A DNA stretch of 64,000 nucleotides from Lophium mytilinum (lineage: Eukaryota): assembly GCA_010093605.1 (NCBI GenBank), contig MU004184.1, positions 2,242,801 to 2,306,800 on the forward strand, in the 5' to 3' direction. Under the pieces are notes generated by a model. That model was not told the origin of the DNA and did not search any database. It worked only from the letters and a program-made list of their open reading frames with translations. Position 1 is the first letter of the stretch. Every line of letters starts with the position of its first letter. Shown piece after piece: positions 12,611-22,584 of this stretch. Position numbers and translations under genes: made by a program.

Positions 12611-13319
12611 TCATCGACGTACAGGTGCTTGCTTTTTCTGCTCGCTCAATACCGGTTTCTCTGCAGAGGCCTTCTTCTCGTCGTCGGCGCACCCGCAGTC
12701 GTACGCGTCCCCTATCTGCTCGCAATCATACTCGGGCTTGTGCAGGCGCTTGTTCACGATGTTGTGCACGTAGCAACCCCACATCGCAGCGGCAGACCGC
12801 GACGACACCTGGGGTGGGTATTTGGCCAGGACTTTGCCAAAGTGCTCGGCGCAGTCTCCACTGTAGTCGGTTGTAAGCTGAGGCATCGCTGGCTGGGGAG
12901 GCAGACTACCATGGATATAGTCTCTGGAAAAGATGGACGTATTGCCGCAGCGCTTCGCTCTCGTCTTTGGTCGGCTTGACGGGGAACCGCGCAAAGGTGG
13001 TGTGCAGCACCTTCCAAGCGGCGCGACCTAGTTCTGCCCTGCACTCAAACACATTAGCATCGCAGGCTGATCACGCGGAGGTGTGGGGCTTCTCCGAGCG
13101 AAGTTTGCTGCTCTCGACGTACTTTGCGGTAGCATTCCCCAGCTTCGGTGCGATCGCATGACCACTCAGCACGGAGCTGTCTGCTGGCTCTGAAGGTGCG
13201 GGGACAATTGAAGCAGGCGTTTCGCTCCCGTTCGAGTCTCGAAGGGAAGTCAGAAACAGGATGGACAGGATGGCGGCCGTGAGCACCAGGAGGAGCGTGA
13301 AACGGCGACTTGCTCCCAT
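12611..13319 (-). CDS. ERV2: FAD-linked sulfhydryl oxidase, Erv1/Alr family, Erv2-like (3 exons)
   Basis: N-terminal hydrophobic anchor, KLGNATAK|AELGRAAWKVLH, LYPC|GDCAEHF (CxxC), WGCYVHNIVNKRL and C-terminal YDCGC. Confidence 0.93.
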
Positions 13320-13727
13320 CTCAAGGGCTGATGAAATCGCGGGGTTTATTAAGGGGCGACGGAGGGAGACTTCCAACACAGCGTGGAAGTGGCACGGCGA
13401 AGGTCATGGAGGTTGTTGTTGTTGAGTCGTGATCGAGGAGCGAAGACAAAGAGCTCCCCCTCGTGTCGCAGCATAGTCTCGCCATGCTGCCTGACAGCCG
13501 GCTCCAAAACGGAAGCTGGCCTTACGATTCGCGCTAGGGCACGTTCAAGAGACCCCGGCCTTCATGCAAGGGCCAGCTTTTTGGCCGCCGCCGATGTCGC
13601 TGGTCCCGGCTCAGCTGTGTGGCATATTCTAAGCACATCACAAAAATTACTGAGCCCTCGCCGCTGAGCACTACATATATCACCACGGATCCCTTCCGTG
13701 CACTCATACCGCCCCTCAACAAGCACC

Positions 13728-15202
13728 ATGGCAGTCTCATTCCCGCCCCCGCCCGTGGACACAATTGGTATGCAAGAACCCTCGGATTGCCCCGCCGTTC
13801 CGTACTTCAAGTTCGATCACGAATTGTGCTGACCACTCAATTCCTCTCAGACTGGAGCAATGTGGGCTTCAAAGTTCGAGAAGGTGAGCAGATGACCTTG
13901 TTATTCCATATTTCGTGCGATCTCGAACACGCGACCTCCAAAACTCGACTTTGTCGGTGTCCATACCGGCTTCAGTCACATAGTGGGATAAGTGGGATTC
14001 GAGATGGAAAGAGGAGACCATGACATTGGAGAACTGGCCTCTGAATACCCAGGCTGACCAATTTCCTCAGTCAATGGCCATGTCGAGTCCCGCTACAGCG
14101 TCAAGACAGGCAAATGGACTGAGCCCGAGTTTATCCAGGACCCCTTCCTCCGCATTCACGGCATGGCGCCGGGTCTGAACTATGGCCAGCAATGCTACGA
14201 AGGCATGAAAGCGTTCCGCTCTCCCACCAACGAGATCAACATCTTCCGAGCCGTCCAAAACGCGGAGCGTATGCAGCACTCGGCCTCCTACATATCCATC
14301 CCAGGAGTCCCGAGCGACCACTTTCTGAAATGCATCCATCTGGCTGTTGGGCTGAATGCGGCTTTTGTGCCGCCGCATGAAACCGGTGCTGCCATGTACA
14401 TTCGGCCTCTGCTATTCGGATCAAGCGCTCAGCTGGGGCTGAATCCGCCCGAGGAGTACACCTTCTGCGTGTATGTCCTGCCTACGGGCGTATACCACGG
14501 CACAAAGCCCGTCGATGCACTCATCCTAGAGGCATTCGACCGAGCCGCTCCTGAGGGAACTGGGTCGGCCAAAGTGGGTGGCAACTATGCCCCAGTTCTG
14601 AAATGGAGCGAGAAGGCGCACCACGACGGCTACGGAATCACGCTCCACTTGGACAGCAAGACTAGGAGCGAGATCGACGAGTTCTCCACATCTGGATTCA
14701 TCGGTGTGAAGAAAGACGGTGAATCATACACACTGGTCGTACCAGACAGCAAGAATGTCATCAAGAGTGTCACAGCAGACAGCATCTGCGAGATTGCGAA
14801 GTCCTTTGGCTGGAAAATTGAAGCCCGGTCGGTAAGCATTATCGTGTCTCTTGAGTGATTTGTGAGCAGCCGAGTCAGATAAGCTGACACGCTAAGATTC
14901 CCTACGCCGAACTGCCCTCCTTTTCTGAGGTTATGGCCGCCGGTACCGCTGCCGCTCTGGTGCCAATCAAATCCATCACTATGGAGTCGAAGGGAGAGAA
15001 GTTCGTGTATGGCGAGGGGTCCGACGAACCAGGCCCGGTCTGCGTCAAGCTACTTACTACCCTCAAAGGCATCCAACAAGGCAAGATCGACGATACCTTC
15101 GGCTGGTTGGGTAAGGTCAAGGAACCTCAAGGATACTCGAATGGCTCTGTCACCAATGGAGACGCCCTAAACGGACCCAACACGGTAGGCAGGCTGCCGT
15201 AA
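13728..15202 (+). CDS. Branched-chain amino acid aminotransferase (PLP class IV; 4 exons)
   Basis: MAVSFPPPPVDTI|DWSNVGFKVRE|VNGHVES...LNYGQQCYEGMKAFR...YIRPLLFG...AKVGGNYAP (PLP lysine)...EVMAAGTAA. Confidence 0.93.
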
Positions 15203-15501
15203 AAGAGGGCCGCCAGCGTCTTTGTCCCGACCTTAGGCCAGTCATCATAGAGGGATTGCCCACGTTGGGTAATGCGCGCTTTCCTCTGGAGTTTCGGTGT
15301 CGATGTCTATTTAGCGTTTTGGATGAAGGACCACAGCTTGCCTGTAAATATGTGGATAGACCAAAAAGTATGACCATTTGATCTCTGCATCTATGTTTCC
15401 CCATCTTTCTTGAGCCAATTCTCCGCTACTGTCATGAAACCTTATACCGAAATGCTTTTATCCCCGTTTTTCATTTCCGCATCACCAAACCGTCCATCGA
15501 C

Positions 15502-16098
15502 TCACAGCCCCACAAGTTCGTCTAACCTGCACGGTCCCGTATGTAGCAGCTCATGCGACGGAATCTTGTTCCCCTCCGTCGGAAACTGTAAAATCACCGT
15601 CTCATCCGATCCCGGGAACTCAGTGACATGGCCCGCCCTCGGTGCTCTGTCTAACGTGTCTGCTGCAATCAAAAACCCATACTTCCCACCCTGGATCCAG
15701 GCCTCAGATTCAGACGCTGGGAGTGTGGAATTGGGGATGCGGATGTGTGCGAGGCCGGAGAGAAAGATGGAGAACCTATGTAGGTGAGCTTTAGTTGCGT
15801 GGTGGCGCGGTGGATGTAGGCGGACGTACTGCACGACCGGCGCATGGCTTATTGTCGAGCTTGCGTAGGTTCGAGGTGGCAGAACACCAATGAATGCGTT
15901 TGAGAAGTTGCCAATGTCGTAGTTCGCTGCGCCGCGGCCTAACTTAGGGATTGAGTCGAGGGCCCAACATTCGAGGCGTGATGCGCCGTTGAAGGCTGAG
16001 AGGGCGGTGAGGTTGAACTTTGACTGAGCAGAGATTTGGGGAATTGAAGTCGCGAATAGGATGAAGAGGGAGTACATGATGGATGTTTGGAGTTTCAT
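15502..16098 (-). CDS. Small secreted protein, probable cupin-like fold (1 in-frame intron ~15778-15827)
   Basis: Signal peptide, NLTALSAFNGASRLECW, HAPVVQ|FSIFLSGLAHI and LIAADT...GHVTEFPG; a recurrent fungal secreted family. Confidence 0.75.
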   Translation of the reverse strand: MKLQTSIMYSLFILFATSIPQISAQSKFNLTALSAFNGASRLECWALDSIPKLGRGAANYDIGNFSNAFIGVLPPRTYASSTISHAPVVQYVRLHPPRHHATKAHLHRFSIFLSGLAHIRIPNSTLPASESEAWIQGGKYGFLIAADTLDRAPRAGHVTEFPGSDETVILQFPTEGNKIPSHELLHTGPCRLDELVGL

Positions 16099-17159
16099 GG
16101 TGCTGAATTTGGCTTAGAAGGTATGAAGAGAAGGTCTTAGTCTTGAGTTCTCTGAGGTTAAGGGAGAGTAGGTGACCTTTAAAAGCCATTCTCTCTTGCC
16201 TTCGCATGCTTACTTTGGAAAAATCTACGCAATCATGCATTCCATATGCAGGCCGGCTCCTATCCCGACACTAGCTCCAAAACTCAGTAGATCGATCCGC
16301 AGTTGGGGATTTTGCCGAGGGGATATGCACCTTGTGTCCCCGTACATCCAAGTTCTCGGGCCGACCCGTGCTTCTCCGGACTCAGGTACACTGATGTCTC
16401 AATAAGGACCTCAATATGTTCAGACTATCTCCTTATTCGCTTGGAACTCAAACAGTCTACAATTGATGGCGGGGGTATTTTGCGGTCTGCTGAGTCTACA
16501 CTGCGTACCGAAAAGTTAATCTCGATCATATCTCGTGAATTAGTGATTGGGGGGCGCACTCATGTCGTTCAAGTTAGTTTGACATTTGCTTCTACTGCTA
16601 CGTAATTATGCTTTTCCGCACTATTTTCACTAACTAGAAGTTAGCGGTCCAGATCAAATTAGATGCAAGCTTGATGTCAAGATTCCCAATGGTGGTGTCG
16701 GCGGCACGATGGGAAAGCAAATGCACACAAAGAGCTTGTTCTATTGAGGGGAGCTTCGGCGTAGCTCGTCTTCAGATCTGACACGGAATCCTTCGGTTTC
16801 TCAGTGGAACAGTCTCGAATCTCGGACCGGCAGCAAGCACATCATGAAGAGAGGACAAACGACAGTTCTGGAACGATTTGAGATTGAAGTGGAAGTCAAC
16901 CTCAAAAAAAGAGGTCATTAAGCTCCGCTTAGACTGGAACTGTTCTGTTCGACTCTAGTAGCAGCCATTTGACTATCATTCAACTGTCCTATAGAGCGAT
17001 AGCCATCCTGCAAGGTCTATAGCGGTACAAAGAAAGCCGTTACTACCGTATACTTCCCTCGTCATGCAGTTACACATATTTGGCATTTCTGGAGGCCGAC
17101 CTAAAGCTTGAACTAGCCACAATCTCTCCACGGAAGTCCTCATTTGAAGCTCCTGGGAT

Positions 17160-17890
17160 TCAATCCGACTGCATCGTGTTGTCATCCTCGTCTCGGTCAC
17201 CATCCTCCTGCTGTGTGTCTTCTCCATGTTCCGAAGGAGGTTTTGGAGTGACTGCTCCGATGAATGTGGCCGCCACAACGACTAGCCTAGTCCCGCCAGC
17301 AAGCACTGAAGCTCCATACCCTCCCATAGCGGCGCTCTGCAATGTGGCAAAGATGCCTCGGGCGGGAGTAGAAGCTGTCTGCAATGCAGCTGCGACAGAT
17401 GCTGGAGGAGGACAGTTAGTAATGAGCGCTGGTACAACACGAAGTTTTCAGGTGAATGAGGATACATACCTGCTTGGGGACCCATAGCAGTCCATCCCAA
17501 GGCACCCAGCACTGGCGCAGTGACTATGCCTGGTGCGAGAGACACAACTCCGCTTGCAACATGAAATCCTGTCTAGTAAGGGTGTTCACGAACCCAAACG
17601 ACTACTTCGCCTGAAGCAGGGCCGACGTGCTTGCCGACTTCTTGTCCAAAGCCATCGGCTACCTTCCAAGCATCTTCGCCCGCAGGTCTGAGGTTCTTGC
17701 CAACTTCCTGGCCAAAGCCATCGGCTGCCTTCCAGACCTCTCCCATAGCAGGTCCAACGTGGTTTGCAATTTCCCGTTCAAAGCCATCCGCTTTTTTCCA
17801 AGCATCCTCAACCGCGGGTCCGACATGTTTGCCCATCTCTTGACCAAAGCCGTCGAGCGAGGCCCATGCCCGACCGAAAAAGTCACCCAT
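17160..17890 (-). pseudogene. Ifi-6-16-like Gly/Ala-rich membrane protein with four 22-aa repeats, interrupted by an in-frame TAG at 17573-17575
   Basis: The frame continues past the stop: ...VREHPY*TGFHVASGVVSLAPGIVTAPVLGALGWTAMGPQA|ASVAAALQ...GIFATLQSAAMGGYG. The LGW-x3-GP-x-A-x-S-x-AA and FATLQSAAMGG motifs resemble Ifi-6-16-like fungal proteins (from memory, not searched). Confidence 0.65.
17620..17870 (-). repeat. Four 66-bp coding tandem repeats
   Basis: The anchor (c/t)caaagcc occurs at 17646, 17712, 17778 and 17844, exactly 66 bp apart. The encoded unit is approximately VGPAxEDAWKxADGFGQEVGKH. Confidence 0.92.
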
Positions 17891-18208
17891 CTCAGAAATG
17901 TCTTGGAGAGTGAGATAGTTGTGGTGAATTAGAGAGTGGTGTTTGATCGATGTGATGCTGTCGGCGGGCTAAGTAAGTGGCTTCAGTGGGAGGAGCGGCT
18001 TGTCCGACGGCCCGCTAGCGAGCGGTGAATGCCACGAGAAGGTAGGAAAAAACCAAGCGCCTGGAGACAGGGTTTCCGACTACGCCGCTCGGGGTTATCA
18101 GGACATTCATTTAAGTCGCTCCTTACGCAGACATAACAACACCACAACAAAGCAAGCAGCTTCTGAGCTCACTGCTGCGAACAGTTCTTCACTATCGCCC
18201 CCAAGAAA

Positions 18209-18654
18209 ATGATCTTTGTAGTCCGCCGCGCGTACAGAGCAGTGAGAAGACGAGTCGCGAGAGCTTACCGTGCCACAACTACCCCAGTAGCTCGATATGT
18301 TGTCGAGCACCCGATCCGCACTACGGCTCACATCGCTAGGGCGGTCATGATACTCTACCCAGGCGCGATGGTGGGACCTGTCTGGATCCTCAAATTGGGA
18401 TTGGGCCGAAGTCGAGCTGGTAAGACTTCAAGAAACTCTTTTAGATGTTTTTCCCTTACTTGAGTCACTGTTTAATGCTGACACACATAGCCATGATTGC
18501 TTCATTGATCAGGTCGTATGCCGTCCTTGGCCCAGCTGGACGACTATTCGCCATCCTACAAACAGCGGCCATTGCAGGGCCCCGCGAGGTGATGCAGTAC
18601 GCAGGGTTTAGATTGCTGAATCAGATCCAGGAGGAGTGGGGACTGTTCCTATAG
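18209..18654 (+). CDS. Small diverged paralog of the neighbouring Ifi-6-16-like gene with Arg-rich N-terminus (2 exons)
   Basis: MIFVVRRAYRAVRRRVARAYR...VVEHPIRTTAHIARAVMILYPGAMVGPVW...RSRA|AMIASLIRS...AGRLFAILQTAAIAG. Phase-1 intron GTAAGA(18420)...GCTGAC...ATAG(18490). Confidence 0.6.
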
Positions 18655-19045
18655 CTTTTGTAACGATGAGACGACGACCCCTTAGAGGTTAGTAAAGACG
18701 CAACCTGGACACCAGAAGCTAGTGCCATCATGTTGCTGACTTTTAGTACCGTCATTTTCAGCGTGTATCGTTAATGTCTGCGGGAACGCGATCATCTGAG
18801 GCGGCGACAAACTCAGTGGGAAACCATCGACAACCGACATGTTTTGACACACGATCGAGAGTTGGACGAGGTGTTGAGGATAGGGTATAAATGTGGAGAG
18901 ATTAGACTGTACATGACATATTCTCAAGATGCAATCACAATATGGAGGGGCAAGACGATAGAAGGAATATAAGACATCAATATTTGTATCGGCAGTATTT
19001 TGAAAGTAGATGAAGGGGAATATTGGAAGAGGATCGAAACTGTTT

Positions 19046-19453
19046 CTAATAGATGTTGCACAGAAAGCTCTGTACCCTATTATTCCAACCCTGACCCGAC
19101 AAATCAGCAATACCGGGGTAGCTCAGAAGGACGGTCGGGTTAGGATGCGCTGCGTAACCCGCTGTGCAACTATCGTTGTCGTATATCCAACAATGTGTTT
19201 TAGGATTGGGGCCGATAGAAGAGACCGATTTGAAGAATTGAGGCTCCAGAGGGTGGCATTGCCCTGGGATGGATTCAACGTACTGGCACGTTCCAGAGAA
19301 ATTAGGGCCGGTGCACATGTATATTCCACCGGGAGGGCCGGGAGATTGGGACTTTTGAGGTCCGACCTGTCCAGCTTTGCATGTTGGATCAGCAACGGTG
19401 ATGCTGAACAACGCAGCTAAGGCGGTAAGGATGAAGTGGTTGGTATACATCAT
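19046..19453 (-). CDS. Small secreted Cys-rich protein with beta/gamma-crystallin-like pattern
   Basis: Signal peptide; IYMCTGPNFSGTC...VSSIGP...CWIYDNDSC...YPGIADL...WNNRVQSFLC, i.e. two F/Y-x-x-x-x-F/C-x-G...S-type Greek-key-like motifs. Confidence 0.75.
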   Translation of the reverse strand: MMYTNHFILTALAALFSITVADPTCKAGQVGPQKSQSPGPPGGIYMCTGPNFSGTCQYVESIPGQCHPLEPQFFKSVSSIGPNPKTHCWIYDNDSCTAGYAAHPNPTVLLSYPGIADLSGQGWNNRVQSFLCNIY

Positions 19454-19986
19454 CGGCGTCTGGGGGATACCGATTGAAAGATTTCGTGAAATGTGTAGCT
19501 GTCGAAGGTTGACGTGAATAGTGTGGTCGTATCTTCGGAAAGGCAGCTGCGTAGAAGAGACACTCGTCAACTAAATAAGTGAGCTCAAAGATCAAGTAAC
19601 AAGTTGTTTGTTCGACTGCGGATAATTTCTTTCAAGCATGCTTAGTCACAAGCATGGCTCAAAGAATCGCACAATCGTGGTGTTAAGTCTCATTGGTTAG
19701 AATGGGTATCAATTTAACTTGCTTTGTTTTGTCTACAGGCCTTCCCTTTCAGGCCGAAGACAATACTAACGGCGAGTCGGTGGCGAACAACATGGGTTGG
19801 AGCAAAAAACGTCCAACATAGGCTTACTGTATAGCATCGACCGCAGGCAGAAGTGATGCAACGTCCCGTGTTTCAGTTGACCAGCGTAGACTCGCCAGCT
19901 CTGCAACAACACAGCTGGTTCTTCTCGACTGGATACCCCAGGTGACATGGGACAGTATCGCTACGGCTGTTCGAATTGAGGAATGA

Positions 19987-20957
19987 TCAAGCGGATATAG
20001 CTTCAGTTGCCGAAGCCTTCGTGACTGACACGACGTCCTTGGACATGATCAAATAGTCCGGCGGCTTTTCTAGACCGTTCCTCAAAACTCTTGGCTCTGG
20101 ACTCGTATCGTCTTTCGAGAAACCTAGCTTTTGGTAAAACTGGGCAGCAGCGACATTGCTCGTGAACACCGTGAGCATGACCTTAACGAGGCCAACTCCT
20201 TGCGCAACTGTCTCTGCAATGTGCATCAGGTGAGCTCCAACTCTGCAGCCCCGGAGACTTGCCGACAGGTGGATTTCGTATATATAGAGAACGGCATACT
20301 CGTAGTCATCATCGTGAGTGATCATAAAGGAAAGAAAGCCATGGACAGGGTGGTGCGAGTCGGCCGAGGAAGAGGCTTCATGTAACGAATCTGGCACACG
20401 CACGATGAGATATCGCATATCTGGATCTCGCATCTCTTCTTTCTTCGCCTTAGGCCTCCAACGGACGACGGACTTCCTGTAGGCTTCTGACGACGTTTCT
20501 TCAATTAGTGAAAAGCATCCTTCAAGGTCCGGTTCGCTCATCTCTGATGACACTTTGAACGATATCATGAGACTGTTTACTGGATTATCCGATCCAAACC
20601 CGGTGTTGGGCGTAAAGCTGAGGAGAGGTGATTCTTGGGGTAGAAAGCGAAACTGGAATTCTGATGCAGACAGCGCATTGATGCTGCATACTAGATCTAT
20701 ATGATCGATCTCTTGCGCTACCGTCGCTTCTTCTGGGCGCGTTTGCAGTGTTGCCCGTTTCTTTCGTGGTTGGACTTGAGATGGTTCATCGCTCATGGGC
20801 GCTATTGCAAAATGGCTTTCGGACCTGGAAGCTTCTGCGTGTGAGAAAAGTATGTTAAGAATTCCTTCCACAGGGAAAACAAAGCGATCATATAGGAATC
20901 AGGCTTACCATCACCGGTGTGAATCTGGTCTGCGCCATCCTCAACGCGTCGCTTCAT
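19987..20957 (-). CDS. NAT4: N-alpha-acetyltransferase 40 (histone H4/H2A NatD), GNAT family (2 exons)
   Basis: W-x-P-x-x-KKEEM-x-DPDMRYL, VLYIYEIHL...RGCRVG...KVMLTVFTSNVAAAQFYQKLGF...YLIMSK. A short first exon MKRRVEDG... splices in frame. Confidence 0.9.
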
Positions 20958-21314
20958 GATCCGGGATTCGGTATGCTCATGGAATATTTTGATGGTGGAG
21001 ATAGAGTGTTTAGTGGTTGAGAACTGTCGTAAACTGACAACGATTTGGTAGCATTCAGCAGTTCTTTTGTCGTTGGCTGTGTGTTTTGCGGATGAGAGAT
21101 GCAGCAGAAGTCGAGGAAGACGCGTTCTGGAATTAAATCTGCACGTGACGTTATTTCCGTTATTTCTTCAACTCGTCAGGGATCGCCCCGTCGACCAATT
21201 TCCCGTAACACATCACACCTAATTGTCGTCTCGAGGGCTCTTTCATATGGTCAATTCTTGAGTATACGGGTTTAAAAATGGCATGATAAGAAGAGCTGCA
21301 AGATCGTAAACCAG

Positions 21315-21841
21315 ATGATCCGAACCTATGCGTCCGCGGCCATCAAACGGCCATCACGATTAAAGGGACCTGCGGTTGACCTTGATCATGTATGCATTCC
21401 TACTCTGCATGTCCCACTGTCGCTGATCTCGAGCTAGTTCATTCAAAGACAACGCGCGTTGGCTCTGTGGCGTGGCATTGTCCGCGCAACGACGGGTAGG
21501 AATTCGTCATTTGAATCGAAGGATCTGGTATTCGTAACACTAACTTTCTGTAGCAATCCCCGATGAGACAACGAAAAAAGAACTGCGCCAATTTGCGAGA
21601 GTGGAGTTCGAACGGCACAAGAATGTTACAGATATCGTAAGCCCACGACGAGGTTCTCTTTGATCTTGTTAGAAACTAACAAGAATCAAGGGACATATCC
21701 GCTATTTGATTTCGGTCAGTACCCAAACCTAGGATGCTCTTCCAGACCTGCGAAATGTAACTAACGAGCCTTTTCTAGGCTGGAAAGACACAGTTTGATT
21801 CTATGCGTAGCTCTCTTATCAATTCTGGCATTCTTTCTTGA
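21315..21841 (+). CDS. LYR-motif (Complex1_LYR) protein, LYRM2-like (5 exons; absent from the ORF track)
   Basis: MIRTYASAAIKRPSRLKGPAVDLDH|FIQRQRALALWRGIVRATT|AIPDETTKKELRQFARVEFERHKNVTDI|GHIRYLIS|AGKTQFDSMRSSLINSGILS*. All four introns are GT-AG with branch points and preserve the frame. Confidence 0.9.
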
Positions 21842-22584
21842 ACAAGTCCATGACTACTTGATGCCTGATCGATCTGAGGCCTACCACCTGATTGTGGTTT
21901 CACCAACCCAAGGTATTAAAAGGTGGCTTGGCGCTTAGAGGTTTAGATCTAGCGACACCAGATGGCTGCGGCCTGCGGGATTGGCGGTCAGAAAACTAGC
22001 GACCTTCAGGTTCCAGATTCACAAGATTTCGATGCTCAAGAATCTGCTCTGATCAAGGTTGGAATTGCAGTTTTTGAGCTCAATATGGGATTTGGCGTTC
22101 CAAGACATCTGACCGAAACCCGAGTCGTGGAATGGTCTCGATCGTTGCCCTGTCAAACACAAATGTAGTAGCCATGGCTTTCAGAGAATGGGCTATTTCT
22201 AGTATATATATGACGAAGTATCACGGGCTTCCCGAACTAAACTGTTTTTTGTTGATCATTCGAAGCTTCTCGCGAGTCACATGAGAAGGGCTTGGCTAAA
22301 ATCATGACTCGCCTTATTCAGCATCCATCAGCACGTCGTTCCAATGTCGGAAACATCACTGACTACCTATACGCTTGATTGGCGCCGCAACCGGATAAGG
22401 GAACATCCAATATGTCGATTTACTGCATATGCTAATCCTCATTTGCCTTACCTGTAGAAACTCTCAAACTCCCTGAGAACTTGACAATTCTCCGCTCGTT
22501 CATCCCCATTAAACGAAGGTCCCCCGTCCTAGTGCTATCTGGTCGCCTCCTCTCCCCGAAGCCCTTCGACAAAATTGGGCAAAG

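Noticed and set aside
13884..14070. Riboswitch or snoRNA in the 187-nt BCAT intron
   Set aside because: No TPP-aptamer core and no properly placed box C/D or H/ACA elements were seen.
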